A stretch of DNA of 64,000 nucleotides from Candidatus Krumholzibacteriia bacterium (GCA_050174015.1 JBFXKG010000001.1:1-64000); one strand, 5' to 3'; shown: positions 1 to 12,853, numbered from the stretch's first letter. A program made the numbers and translations. The notes: generated from the letters alone by a model not told the origin.

Positions 1-432
1 AGGCAGAGCCGACAAAGCGCCGCGCGGGCCATCAAGATGCCTGTGGCAAAGACCACGTTCCGGCGCATGGATCGATGCCGAGGCAGCCAGACGCGTTTGA
101 TTGGACGGTCGCTCCGCTCCCGGAATCTGAAAGGAACGATGATCTCCCCGCTCCTTTCCCGAGCCCGCCTCATTACTGGAGGGCGCAGGCTCAGCCTGAC
201 TTTTGGATGGGCCGGCACAAGGACACTGATAAGTTTCTAGGTCGCAGGGCAGCGGCCCTGCAGGCCCAGGAATGTGGGCCGTGAACCTCGAAGGTGTTTG
301 GTGCAGGGTGCTGCCTGTACCAGTACCGGGAAACCAAGACGGGGCGGCGTCAATCCTGGCTACGGCGATATGCGGTTTTCAAAGAACAGGAGGGATTAGA
401 ATACCCTCTTGACGACCGGGGGCCTCATAGGT

Positions 433-441
433 GTTAGAAAG
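433..441 (-). mobile_element. Lone R'' box (attC half-site) closing the 209-aa cassette
   Basis: Minus strand reads CTTTCTAAC, the exact 9-bp complement of the cassette's opening GTTAGAAAG at 1198-1206. No attC hairpin or R' box follows it. Confidence 0.6.
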
Positions 442-514
442 CTAGAACATGATGTTTCCCAAGCATCCTTTTGACTGGGCCCCATCTAGCATTTTTTTCA
501 GATGGTCAATGTCA

Positions 515-1144
515 CTAGAATATGCCGGGCTCCTTTCCCAGTTTTTTTGCTAGCAAAAATTCTCCCATCTCTTCCGAAAGAGTATCAATTGCTTTCCAGA
601 ATCTGGATAATTTTTTGTGGAATGACTTCCTTCGCTTTTCTTGCCCCTCTAATTCCAGACGGCTGTTTTCCGGAGGCATGCTTAGAATGTTTTCACAACT
701 AAGTCCCCATATCAATAATTCAAAATGGGCCTCATTGATCTCTTTTTCTGCGGTCTCAAAACGATTTCCCCAACTTGCTCTGCCAATAAAAAGAGCACCC
801 ATAAAATCTTGGTAAGACTCATTTGTCTTTCCGAGACGGTCAAGAGCGGTGAGCCCTGCTTTGGATTCCTTAAATAACCTATCTTTGGGATATAAATAAT
901 CGCCAACTTGGTTTTCGATGCCTAGCATTTCGAAATTAAAAACAGATCGAGCCGCAGCGGCCTTATTTAAAATATCTTGCGCCACTTTATCTAGTGCATT
1001 CTCGTGCCTTTCACTCCTTCGAAGTTCAAGTTCCCTAACAGACCAAGCAATCGCACTAAGTGCCGTAACAGCCATTACAACACTTGATATTGCAGTCATC
1101 CAATCAGGTGTTGTTGCATGCACACAATCCCCTTTCGTGCCCAA
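515..1144 (-). CDS. Hypothetical protein with one N-terminal TM helix, carried on an integron cassette
   Basis: 209-aa ORF, visibly AT-richer than the host. Hydrophobic segment AISSVVMAVTALSAIAW, then a helical soluble part. Sits between the attC R' box and the lone R'' box. Start codon uncertain (TTG). Confidence 0.75.
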   Translation of the reverse strand: MGTKGDCVHATTPDWMTAISSVVMAVTALSAIAWSVRELELRRSERHENALDKVAQDILNKAAAARSVFNFEMLGIENQVGDYLYPKDRLFKESKAGLTALDRLGKTNESYQDFMGALFIGRASWGNRFETAEKEINEAHFELLIWGLSCENILSMPPENSRLELEGQEKRRKSFHKKLSRFWKAIDTLSEEMGEFLLAKKLGKEPGIF

Positions 1145-1199
1145 ACCTGGGATTTTCCAATTTCAGGGTATCCCCAATGCCAGGTAGGCCTGATTGTCT

Positions 1200-1262
1200 T
1201 TCTAACGCCCTGGCGATCAGCGGCGCGGCGAAGCCGCGTCCGTCTGCATCGCCTTGTTGGGC
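1200..1262 (-). mobile_element. Integron attC recombination site (63 bp)
   Basis: Minus (top) strand reads GCCCAAC-AAGGCGATGCAGACGGACGCGGCTTCGCCGCGCCGCTGATCGCCAGGGC-GTTAGAA. The bottom strand folds GGCGAT/CAG/CGG/CGCGGC against GCCGCG-T-CCG-T-CTG-C-ATCGCC, with a GAA loop and three extrahelical bases. Lies 40 bp after the UvrD stop. Confidence 0.92.
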
Positions 1263-1302
1263 AGCCTCGTAACGACAGCGCGAGGCGATGCCGTCATGGC
1301 AG

Positions 1303-3351
1303 TCAAGAGTACCAACTAGACGCCCCGTCCACAACATCCGCCACCTGCCATCCGCGCTCCTTCAACGTCGCCACGTGGCCGGTCAAGGCCGCATGGTCTC
1401 CCAAAGCAGCCCGCGGAACGGCAAGGCAGACGAGGTGACTGGGGCGGGTCATGGCGACGTAGGTCTGCTGCAGGCGGGCGCGATCCCGCGTTCCGGCGCC
1501 GTTGAGGTTCACCTTCTCCCCCAGCAGCCACGGAAGCATCTTTTCCGCCGAGTGGTCGTGCCAGTAGGTGCTCAGCAGTAGAGTCGCCAGGTGAGTCTGG
1601 CCTTTCATCGAGTGCACCGAGCCGAGGCGGATGTCGACCCTCCGCCCGGCGCCATCTTCGACGCGGTAGACGTTCGGGCCCGCGTCCTGCGGGGATGTTG
1701 CCGCGGAGACCGCGAGCGACGGGTCGTACTGGTCCCAGCGGAGGAAATCGTCCGCGAGGGCGGGGGCAGTACCCGAAGCCCCGAGACCAGCAGCTACCAG
1801 GCGGATGTCGGCTTGTCGCTGCGCCCACGATGAAACCGACAGGGTCTCCCAGTCGATGAGGAACGCCCGTAGGAGGCGCCGGTACGCCGATGTCGCCTCT
1901 GCGTTCGTAGATAGTGCGTCGACCACCGAGCGGTGTCTCGGCGCCCGCCGTCCCAGCAGTTCGGCGCCACCCGCATGTCGCGCCAAACGAACGAGCCCCG
2001 AGGCAATCTTCTCTACGCCGGGCGCAAGATCGCGTCCGTCCAGCACGAAAGCCCGGGCCACACGGACGTACTGGATGAGCGTCCGCGGATGTGGGTCGCG
2101 GCGCCCGACCTCCGCGGTGTACCCGCTCCAGTAGTGTGGCACGGTCTTCGGGAATTGGGGGTTGCCGGCCGTCACGTCGCTGGCGTCTTGATGAACTGCG
2201 CCGACGGCCGTGACGTCTCCGGCGGCGAGCGCTTCGTCGCCAAAGGACGCGAGCACATGGTGGCCGTAGGCATTCAGGACACCCTGCGCCTCGGCATCCT
2301 GGAAGATGAATAGCGCGTTCGTGCAGCAGTCAGGTGCGCCCTCGACCGGGCGCGGTCCGACACCCTGGAGACCATCTGGCCCGGCCGCATCGATCGCGAA
2401 GGGTGACGCCAGCGTCGCGATCCCTGGGCCGAAGCGGAAGCTGTTCGGGATTTTCAAGCAGGTCGGTGCATCCGGAAACCCACCAGACACGGCCGTCCCG
2501 GCTGGGGCCCCGTCGAAAATGGCCTGGTTCGGATCACCGACACGCTGCAGCGAGACCTCCGAGCTTGCTCGCGGGAACACGCCCTCCAAGATGCCGACCT
2601 GGAGATCCGACGTGTCCTGCATCTCGTCGACGATGACCAGAGGGAACCGTTGCTGCAGCAACTTGGCGACGCCTGGGCAGTCCTCGAGCAGGGCCTTGGC
2701 CCAGATGAACATCTCGTCGTAGCAGAAATATCCTGCGTTGGAGGAGACCTGTGCGGCGCGCCTCGCGATCTGGTATGTCTCGGCGCTCGCCCTCGCCGGG
2801 AACGGCCGATCGCCCAGCCAAATGTCGAGGTTCCGGTCCCTAACGCGGATCCGGTCGAACCCGCTGTGCTTCCGTCGAAGGAAGTTCTCAACCTTCCAGT
2901 AGTCAGAGTTGGTGAGGACGCGATGGCGGTACGCGCTGGTCACGTCGTCGTCGACCGTTGCGGCCGGAAAGCCGTTGGAGTTCAGCCACGGCAGCGCGAG
3001 GAACCGGTTCACGAAGCCGTGGATGGTGTCGATGAAGTGCGGGTAGGAGAGTAGTTGCTGCCCGACGACCGTCCCGCGGAGTCGCCGCTGGATCTCCTCG
3101 CGTGCTGCGTTGGTGTGGGAAAGCACGCAGATACCCTTCGTCCGGTGCGACCACTTCCTGGCCATGATGGCGAGCTTGGCGACGATCAGCGTCGTCTTGC
3201 CGCTCCCCGGGCAAGCGGATACGTCGAGCGTCGTCCGCGAGCGAAGGAATTCCTGCCGGGACTGGTCGAATTCGCGCAGGCCCATGACGCGGCGAATCCA
3301 CTCGACATCCTCGTCGACAACCTGCGGAATGACGGACTGCGGGTCAGCCAT
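1303..3351 (-). CDS. gajB: UvrD/PcrA-like SF1 helicase, Gabija GajB-type
   Basis: Motifs ACPGSGKTT, VIVDEMQD, VGDPNQAIF, SFRF, SVHSMKG, YVAMTRP. True start MADPQSV at 3351 overlaps the OLD gene stop (ATGGCTGA). Confidence 0.88.
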   Translation of the reverse strand: MADPQSVIPQVVDEDVEWIRRVMGLREFDQSRQEFLRSRTTLDVSACPGSGKTTLIVAKLAIMARKWSHRTKGICVLSHTNAAREEIQRRLRGTVVGQQLLSYPHFIDTIHGFVNRFLALPWLNSNGFPAATVDDDVTSAYRHRVLTNSDYWKVENFLRRKHSGFDRIRVRDRNLDIWLGDRPFPARASAETYQIARRAAQVSSNAGYFCYDEMFIWAKALLEDCPGVAKLLQQRFPLVIVDEMQDTSDLQVGILEGVFPRASSEVSLQRVGDPNQAIFDGAPAGTAVSGGFPDAPTCLKIPNSFRFGPGIATLASPFAIDAAGPDGLQGVGPRPVEGAPDCCTNALFIFQDAEAQGVLNAYGHHVLASFGDEALAAGDVTAVGAVHQDASDVTAGNPQFPKTVPHYWSGYTAEVGRRDPHPRTLIQYVRVARAFVLDGRDLAPGVEKIASGLVRLARHAGGAELLGRRAPRHRSVVDALSTNAEATSAYRRLLRAFLIDWETLSVSSWAQRQADIRLVAAGLGASGTAPALADDFLRWDQYDPSLAVSAATSPQDAGPNVYRVEDGAGRRVDIRLGSVHSMKGQTHLATLLLSTYWHDHSAEKMLPWLLGEKVNLNGAGTRDRARLQQTYVAMTRPSHLVCLAVPRAALGDHAALTGHVATLKERGWQVADVVDGASSWYS

Positions 3352-5386
3352 CCGTTCCCTCCACGGGGCACCCGTCGTCGATTGGCACCGCCGGGATAGC
3401 AACTCCAGTCGCGTGCGCGATGGCCTCGACGACATAGCGCGGCAGCTTCCCCGCGAACGTTGCTGGGTCGAAGTCGTCTTTCTCCCCTTCGGCGGTGAGG
3501 GCGTTTGCCAGGTATTGGGCGGCGATCGCCTTGGATGCAACGCCTGAGTGGAAGAGCTTGTAGATGTGGCTACAGAGCACCGCGCGATCGTCACCAGCCG
3601 CCTTCGCGAGCGCTTCGAACTCGGCCTTCGCGATCGCCTCGACGTCAGAGGTGGTCTTCTTCTCCTCCACAATCGCTGCGTCGTTCTTCGCAAGGCTGGC
3701 AGCGACGTAGACTTCCTCGGCAAGGCCGCAGTACGCGACGTCGTACTCGAGCGTCCAGTGGTCCGCGACGAACGTGCAGACGGACTGGCCGTCCGAGGCG
3801 CGTCGATGCTCGCGTCGCTCGGTCAGCGCCTGCTCCGTTGACTTGTCCTCGTCCCCGAAGTCACGCGTTGCCTTCCAGCGCCGTCCCGGACTCTCCCACC
3901 TTTCGTCATCGTCGTCTGTGACCAGGCCGAGGATGGCTGGCGCGCAGTCGGGCATCACGTCCATGTCTGCTACGCAGGCAACCGGGACGGAGACGGATGC
4001 TGAAGCCTCATCGGACCGCTGAAAGATCCTGCTGAAGCGCCGGAGTCCAGTCCCGCCGACGTTGACGACGGAGACCCCGTGCCCCGTCAGATCAGTGCCC
4101 AGGAGCCGGGCAAGCGTTGGGAGCAACAGGGCCTCGGCGTCCCCCTCAACGATGATGACGCCGTGGGCGAAGAAGAGATTGGCCTTGGTCACGTCGAGGA
4201 AGCGTTCCAGGAAACGATAGTCGCCCGCGCCCAGCTTGGTCTCGCCTTCCGCGAGGGAATAGACACGTCCGCCCTCCAACATGACGAGATTCTCGAGCGG
4301 GATGGTCGATGCCAGGTTGGGGCTGTGGGTCGACAGGATGACCTGGACGGAGCGGGGCGACTCCCTCACCTTGCCGGCGGCAGCACTCGACAGGAAGTCC
4401 ATCAGCCGCAGCTGGCGCTGGGGGTGAAGGTGCGCTTCGGGTTCCTCGATGAGCAGGAGGGGCAACCCCTCGGGCTCACGCCCCAGGAGCAGTAACTCGC
4501 ACGCCATGAAGAGGATGTTGTTCGAGCCGAGGCCGTAGTACCCGCGGGCGCTGGATGTCGATGCCTCGAATAGACCGAGCTCGAGCCGCTCCAGGATTCG
4601 ACGCAGGCGAATCGCGTCGCTCCCGCCTTCGGTGAGGTCGATTCGGCCTTGCAGACTGTCGCCCCGCAGGAAGAGAGAGGACAGGTACTGATTGTTGATC
4701 GCGGTTTCGGCTCCGCTCACACCATGGTGGGACTTCACGCTGTGGCGGAGGTAGTCCGCCAGGCCCAGAAGGCTCAGCTTGCTCACTGCGCCTGGGTCGG
4801 CCGGAAGGTCGTTCTCGTCGAAGGCCTCGCCCTGGCTGATCTCCGGGACGTTCGCCAGGATCTGCGAGAGCCGAGAGCCGCGACCCGACGACATCTCCCG
4901 TGCTGCGTCGCGGAGCGGCCGCAGGTAGGCGCTCGACAGCAGCTCGCGCACAGACGCCTCAAACGTTGGCCCCGCGCCGTCCACGCCGCTACGAACCGAT
5001 ACGTCGACCCACCGACGAGCGCTCGGGGACTCGCTGCGCCTCCTGGCAGACCAATTGACGACAAGGGAGACGTCGGCGCCATCGTAGGTCAGGTACTCAG
5101 CGAAGGCACCCTTCTCATCGTCGTTGAGATCGCTCAGCCGGCACCGAATGAAGATCTCGTCGGCTTGCGCGCCAGACGCGTCGATGTGGAAGTCCTCGGG
5201 CTGGACACGGATGTAGCTCAGGTCTCGTGTCAGGAGCGCATACCGGATGGCGTCGATCACCGCGGACTTCCCGCTGTCGTTGCGCCCGACCAGCGCAGTC
5301 ACGCCGCTGCTCAGCGGGAGCTCCAGCTTGTCGTCGCTGTCGCCGAACTGACGGAAGTTGCGCAGGCTTAGATGTGACAGGTACAT
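3344..5386 (-). CDS. gajA: OLD-family ATP-dependent nuclease (ABC ATPase + TOPRIM), Gabija GajA-type
   Basis: LRNFRQF, Walker A GRNDSGKS, LLIEEPEAHLHP, STHSP, TOPRIM FFAHGVIIVEGDAE...DMD, TLEY. Translationally coupled to the UvrD gene. Confidence 0.9.
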   Translation of the reverse strand: MYLSHLSLRNFRQFGDSDDKLELPLSSGVTALVGRNDSGKSAVIDAIRYALLTRDLSYIRVQPEDFHIDASGAQADEIFIRCRLSDLNDDEKGAFAEYLTYDGADVSLVVNWSARRRSESPSARRWVDVSVRSGVDGAGPTFEASVRELLSSAYLRPLRDAAREMSSGRGSRLSQILANVPEISQGEAFDENDLPADPGAVSKLSLLGLADYLRHSVKSHHGVSGAETAINNQYLSSLFLRGDSLQGRIDLTEGGSDAIRLRRILERLELGLFEASTSSARGYYGLGSNNILFMACELLLLGREPEGLPLLLIEEPEAHLHPQRQLRLMDFLSSAAAGKVRESPRSVQVILSTHSPNLASTIPLENLVMLEGGRVYSLAEGETKLGAGDYRFLERFLDVTKANLFFAHGVIIVEGDAEALLLPTLARLLGTDLTGHGVSVVNVGGTGLRRFSRIFQRSDEASASVSVPVACVADMDVMPDCAPAILGLVTDDDDERWESPGRRWKATRDFGDEDKSTEQALTERREHRRASDGQSVCTFVADHWTLEYDVAYCGLAEEVYVAASLAKNDAAIVEEKKTTSDVEAIAKAEFEALAKAAGDDRAVLCSHIYKLFHSGVASKAIAAQYLANALTAEGEKDDFDPATFAGKLPRYVVEAIAHATGVAIPAVPIDDGCPVEGTDG

Positions 5387-5799
5387 GGTGAATCCTCACG
5401 CTGGCGCAGAGCTATCGCTGGGCAACGCAACCGTCGACCGGCGATTGTGTGACTCGCACGACCCATCACCTTTGAATAGGTTCACGCTCGGGCTTCAATC
5501 TGCGCTCGTTCCATTCGAATCCTCTGGGTGCTTCCCTGGCCTGAACGGTGCGAAGATTTCAATTCGCTTCTGACGGGACTCCCCCGTGCGAGGCTGTCTC
5601 GTCTGCCCAACAACCAATTACCCAGAACTCCCATAACTCGAATCTGGATGATTAGTCGTTCTTGATAACAACGATACAATCCCCAAAGGGCCAATTTCCC
5701 CCATCCCCGTTACCCCTAACTTCATCATCTGGAAGTCATTGTATCACACAGCCCAACCATCAACATGTTGAAAATGATACAGGTTCCCTTAATCCCCGC

Positions 5800-6591
5800 T
5801 CAGATCACCCCCGCCCCGATCACCACCGCGATCCCCAGCAACAGCACCCCGGTCAACGTCTGCACCGTCCCCATCGTCACCTTGTGCAGGTATCGTGTCC
5901 CGATCAGCACCCCACAGAACGCCGCCACGATCCCAGTCCCGATCAGCGGCCACTGCTCCGGCCCGATGGGCTGGCTCCCTCCGGCAAGCAGCGCCATCCC
6001 GGCGTAGGTGGCGATGCGCATGGCGTCCACCGCGAATCCGATCACCGCGTTGGTCCCGACGAAGGCCTCGGTCGCGACACCGGTCTTCACCAGGAACGCC
6101 GAACGCAGCGCCCCCTGGTGCCCGCTGAATCCCCCGAAGAACCCCGACAGCAGCCCGCCCACGGGCAGGTGCCGTTTCTCGAACTTCAGGTTCCGGAACC
6201 GCGGCAGCAATTCAAACAGGGCGAAGAACGCCATCAGCACTCCGACCGTCAGCTTCACCGGGGTGACGACCGCGGTCCGCGACCCCAGTTGGTACTCCGC
6301 CAGCGGCTCCAGGTGCGCCACCAGCCCCAGGGACGCCGCGCCCACGAACGCCGCCAGGATGGCCGGGACCCCGAATGCCAGGACCAAGCCCTTGTCTGCG
6401 TGCCGGCCCACGAGTGTGACCTTGAACAGGTTGTTGGCCCCGTGCACCACCGCGGTGGCGCCCACGGCCACCTCCACCGGGAAGAACAGGGCGAACACGG
6501 GCAAGAGGAGGGTGCCCAGGCCGAAGCCCGAATACATGGTCAGGCCGGCTGTCAGAAGGGAGACGATGAAGACGGCGAGGTAGGGGAACAT
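5800..6591 (-). CDS. Sulfite exporter TauE/SafE (TSUP) family membrane protein
   Basis: SGFGLGTLLLP, GFFGGFSGHQGALRS and about 8 hydrophobic segments. Confidence 0.85.
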   Translation of the reverse strand: MFPYLAVFIVSLLTAGLTMYSGFGLGTLLLPVFALFFPVEVAVGATAVVHGANNLFKVTLVGRHADKGLVLAFGVPAILAAFVGAASLGLVAHLEPLAEYQLGSRTAVVTPVKLTVGVLMAFFALFELLPRFRNLKFEKRHLPVGGLLSGFFGGFSGHQGALRSAFLVKTGVATEAFVGTNAVIGFAVDAMRIATYAGMALLAGGSQPIGPEQWPLIGTGIVAAFCGVLIGTRYLHKVTMGTVQTLTGVLLLGIAVVIGAGVI

Positions 6592-6593
6592 GG

Positions 6594-7445
6594 CTACTCC
6601 AGGGTCTGAAGGCCTCCGTCACCGGCGGGGGCCTCAGCTAACCCCGCCGCTTCCGCCGGCGCCCGCCTCACCGCATCCTGCACCACCAGCCCGGCCAGCA
6701 TCATCCCGAACACGGCCGTGATGTGCACCGCCGAACCGTTGATGATCTTCTTGGTCGAGCACCAGTCCTTGTGCTCGGTGCCGTCGTCGGGCGTGAAGCT
6801 GGGGCAGAAACATTGGTGGGTGCCGCAGGCCACGCTGGTGCTCTCCACGGGGGGCAGCACCTCGGGCGAGAACACGGTCAAAAAATCGCCGGTGAACTTC
6901 GCGGCCCGCAGCTTCTGGCGGATGATCCGCGCCAGGGGACACCCCGTGGTCTCCCACACCGAGGCCACCTTGATCTGCGTGGGATCCAGCTTGGACGCCG
7001 CCCCCATGGACGAGTACAGGGTCGCCCCGGCGGCCACCGACCGCATGATCAGGTCCACCTTGTTCGCGATGCTGTCGATGCAGTCCAGCACGTAGTCGAA
7101 CGAGCCGAGGTCGAATTCAGCGGCGGTGTCCGGCTCGTACACCTTCTGCACGGCCTCGACCTTGCAGCGGGGATTCAGGGTGACCAGCCGCGCCTTCAGC
7201 TCGTCGGCCTTCCCCTTGCCCACGTTGCGCGTCGTGGCCTGCAGCTGGCGGTTCACGTTGGTGATGCAGACCACGTCGTTGTCCACGATCGTCAGGTGGC
7301 CCACGCCCGAGCGCACCAGGGCCTCGGCGGCCCAGCTGCCCACACCGCCCAGGCCGAAGACGGCCGCGCGGGAACGTCCCAGGTGCTCGATCGCGGGGGC
7401 GCCGGTCAGCAGTTGCAGGCGCTGGAAGAGGGGATTGCCGGCCAT
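6594..7445 (-). CDS. tcdA: tRNA threonylcarbamoyladenosine dehydratase (ThiF family)
   Basis: FGLGGVGSWAAEALVRSGVG, TNVNRQL, DCID, SSMGAASKLDPT, CPLA. Start MAGNPLF. Confidence 0.88.
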   Translation of the reverse strand: MAGNPLFQRLQLLTGAPAIEHLGRSRAAVFGLGGVGSWAAEALVRSGVGHLTIVDNDVVCITNVNRQLQATTRNVGKGKADELKARLVTLNPRCKVEAVQKVYEPDTAAEFDLGSFDYVLDCIDSIANKVDLIMRSVAAGATLYSSMGAASKLDPTQIKVASVWETTGCPLARIIRQKLRAAKFTGDFLTVFSPEVLPPVESTSVACGTHQCFCPSFTPDDGTEHKDWCSTKKIINGSAVHITAVFGMMLAGLVVQDAVRRAPAEAAGLAEAPAGDGGLQTLE

Positions 7446-7542
7446 GGTTCGCTCGCGGTCGGGGTGAAGGGAAAATCCACACGATCGCGGCCAATGGTAC
7501 ACGATCGGCCGCGGGCCCGCCAGGGAACCCACACCGGGCGTT

Positions 7543-10786
<3,244 letters not shown>

Positions 10787-10803
<17 letters not shown>

Positions 10804-11917
10804 GGGCGGCCTCCTTCGGGGCGGTCTCCGCGCGCCGGACCGCCATCCGGGCGGTGAACCTCGAGAACAGGTGCAGGCTGTCGCTGGGTCCGGGGGCCGC
10901 CTCGGGGTGGAACTGCACCGAGAAGGCGTCGCGTCCGACCGCCTGCAACCCCTCCACCGACCGGTCGTTCAGGCTCACGTGGGTCACCCGGGCCACCGCA
11001 GGATCCAGCGACTGGTCGGGCACGAAGTAGTTGTGGTTCTGGCTGGTGATCTCCACGCGGCCGGTCACCAGGTTGTGTACCGGATGGTTGGCCCCGTGGT
11101 GCCCGAACGGCAGCTTGGCCGTGGTGGCGCCCAGGGCGCGGGCCAGCAGCTGGTGCCCCAGGCAGATGCCGAACACCGGCAGACCGGTCTCCAGCAGGCC
11201 CCGCACGGTGTCGACCAGGTCGGGCCGCATCGCGGGGTCACCCGGCCCGTTGCTCAGGAACACGCCCTCGGTCGGGGCGGCCGTGAGCTCGGCGGCGGTG
11301 GCCTTGGCGGGGAACACCCGAACCCGGCAGCCCTGCAGCACCAGCCGCCGCAGGATGCTCTTCTTCACGCCGCAGTCCAGCACCGCGACCTCGAAGGGCC
11401 GCTCGCAGGCGGGGTCTTCCCCGAAAGTCGCCACGGCGGGCGTGGTGACCTTCGCCACCCAGTCCACGGCGTCGATGGCAGGCAGGGCGCGGGCCCGAGC
11501 GATGAGCGAGTCCGGATCCCCCTGCCCGATCACCCCCCGGCAGGCCCCGCCGTCGCGCAGGGCGACCGTCAGGGCGCGGGTGTCCACCCCCGTCAGGGCG
11601 GGCACGCCCGCCCGGCGCAGCACCTGGTCCAGGTCGGACTCGCTGCGGCGGTGGAAGCTGCGGCGGCAGAAATCGCGCACGATGACCGCGTGCGGATGGA
11701 TCCGGGGCGATTCGCTGTCGTCCCGGTGGATCCCGTAGTTGCCGATGTGGGAGGCGGTGAAGACGACGATCTGGCCGGCGTAGCTGGGGTCGGTGAGGAT
11801 TTCCTGGTAGCCGGTCATCCCCGTGTGGAAGACGACCTCGCCGCCGGCGTCGAGGGGGGCGCCGAGGCGGCGTCCGCGGAAGATCAGCCCCGTTTCCAGG
11901 GCCAGGCAGGCATCCAT
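10787..11917 (-). CDS. carA: Carbamoyl-phosphate synthase small subunit
   Basis: [37 protein letters not shown]. Alternative start at 11923. Confidence 0.96.
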
Positions 11918-11964
11918 GGGCATTTCCTTTCGGGCTCTCGGGCCGCGATTAAAGGACCGGCCGC

Positions 11965-11993
11965 AGGTTAAGCGCCGGCGGGCCGCCTGTCAA
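11965..11993 (-). promoter_or_regulatory. Sigma70-type promoter of carAB
   Basis: Minus strand TTGACA-17 bp-TAACCT, about 45 bp upstream of carA. Confidence 0.6.
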
Positions 11994-12071
11994 GGCAGGG
12001 GGCCGGGTAGGAGCGCCCTGGGGGCTTCCCGGGGGGCCGTCCGGATCGCCGTCCCGGAGGCAAAAGAATGA

Positions 12072-12100
12072 TTGCCAACTCCTTGCCCCTGTTCTATCAT
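12072..12100 (+). promoter_or_regulatory. Sigma70-type promoter upstream of the RRM gene
   Basis: TTGCCA-17 bp-TATCAT. Implies a leader of about 300 nt. Confidence 0.5.
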
Positions 12101-12409
12101 TTATCCGGCTTCTGAGAAAAGATAGACCTTCCTCGGGCCTTCCCGGCCGGTAGATTTTCTCTCGACTTCTCGGAAACTGGAACCCTCGCCCACGGCGTCG
12201 CCGTGGTCTGCGCAGGGTGAGGATTGAAGGAATCCGTTCGACTCCGGTTGGACGGCAGGATCTTCCGCAGGCCCGCTCCTGGGTCCGCGGAGGAGTGAGG
12301 TCCGGCGCGGTGCCGGATCGACGTTGAGGCTGAGGGGTTTTCCGGATAAGGCCGGCAATCCTGAAGGCTTGATTCCGCCGGTGCGACCGGCATTTGGAGA
12401 AGAAGAGAG

Positions 12410-12721
12410 ATGAAGAAGATCTACGTGGGTAACCTGCCCTTCAGCGCCACCAACGAGGAAATCCAGGACCTGTTCGGCCAGCACGGCACGGTCCACAGCG
12501 TGGCCCTGATCAACGACCGTGAGACCGGCCGTCCCCGCGGCTTCGGCTTCGTGGAGATGGACGACGACGCTGCCATGGCGGCCATCCAGGCCCTCGACGG
12601 CCAGGAGATGGGCGGCCGCAGCCTGCGGGTCAACGAGGCCCAGGATCGGCCCCGCGGGGGTGGCGGCGGCGGCGGTGGCCGTGGCGGTTACGGCGGCGGC
12701 GGTGGCGGCCGCGGCTGGTAA
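12410..12721 (+). CDS. RRM (RNP-1) RNA-binding protein with glycine-rich tail
   Basis: RNP-2 IYVGNL, RNP-1 RGFGFVEM, LRVNEA, Gly/Arg-rich C-terminus. Confidence 0.95.
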   Translation: MKKIYVGNLPFSATNEEIQDLFGQHGTVHSVALINDRETGRPRGFGFVEMDDDAAMAAIQALDGQEMGGRSLRVNEAQDRPRGGGGGGGGRGGYGGGGGGRGW

Positions 12722-12769
12722 GCTGCGCTTCCCGAGAGCCCACTGACGGATCCGGCGCAAGCCGACCGG

Positions 12770-12802
12770 AACCCCGCACCCGGACAGGGTGCGGGGTTTT
12801 TT
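12770..12802 (+). terminator. Rho-independent terminator after the RRM gene
   Basis: AACCCCGCACCC-GGACA-GGGTGCGGGGTT followed by a T-run. Confidence 0.85.
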
Positions 12803-12853
12803 GATGCCCGGGTGATTCCGGCTCTCGCAATCCGGCGGTCCCGCCGTTAGCGG

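Larger units (their letters stand above)
1206..5610 (-). mobile_element. Integron gene cassette carrying a Gabija-type system
   Basis: The cassette opens with G|TTGGGCAG (minus strand, 5603-5611), a 9-bp complement of its own R'' CTGCCCAAC (minus strand, 1256-1264). The genes are co-oriented with the attC top strand. Confidence 0.8.

Noticed and set aside
1..284. Short ORFs at the window start; ARLITGGRRLSLTFG faintly recalls IS1380 transposase C-termini, and a minus-strand ATG at 68 could start a gene running off the edge
   Set aside because: Too short and too weak to call without upstream sequence or a search.
3352..3723. N-terminal 124-aa extension of the 806-aa UvrD ORF in the track
   Set aside because: It overlaps the OLD nuclease gene in another frame; the coupled start at 3351 fits far better.
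12655..12715. GGC/GGT microsatellite
   Set aside because: It simply encodes the Gly-rich tail of the RRM protein.
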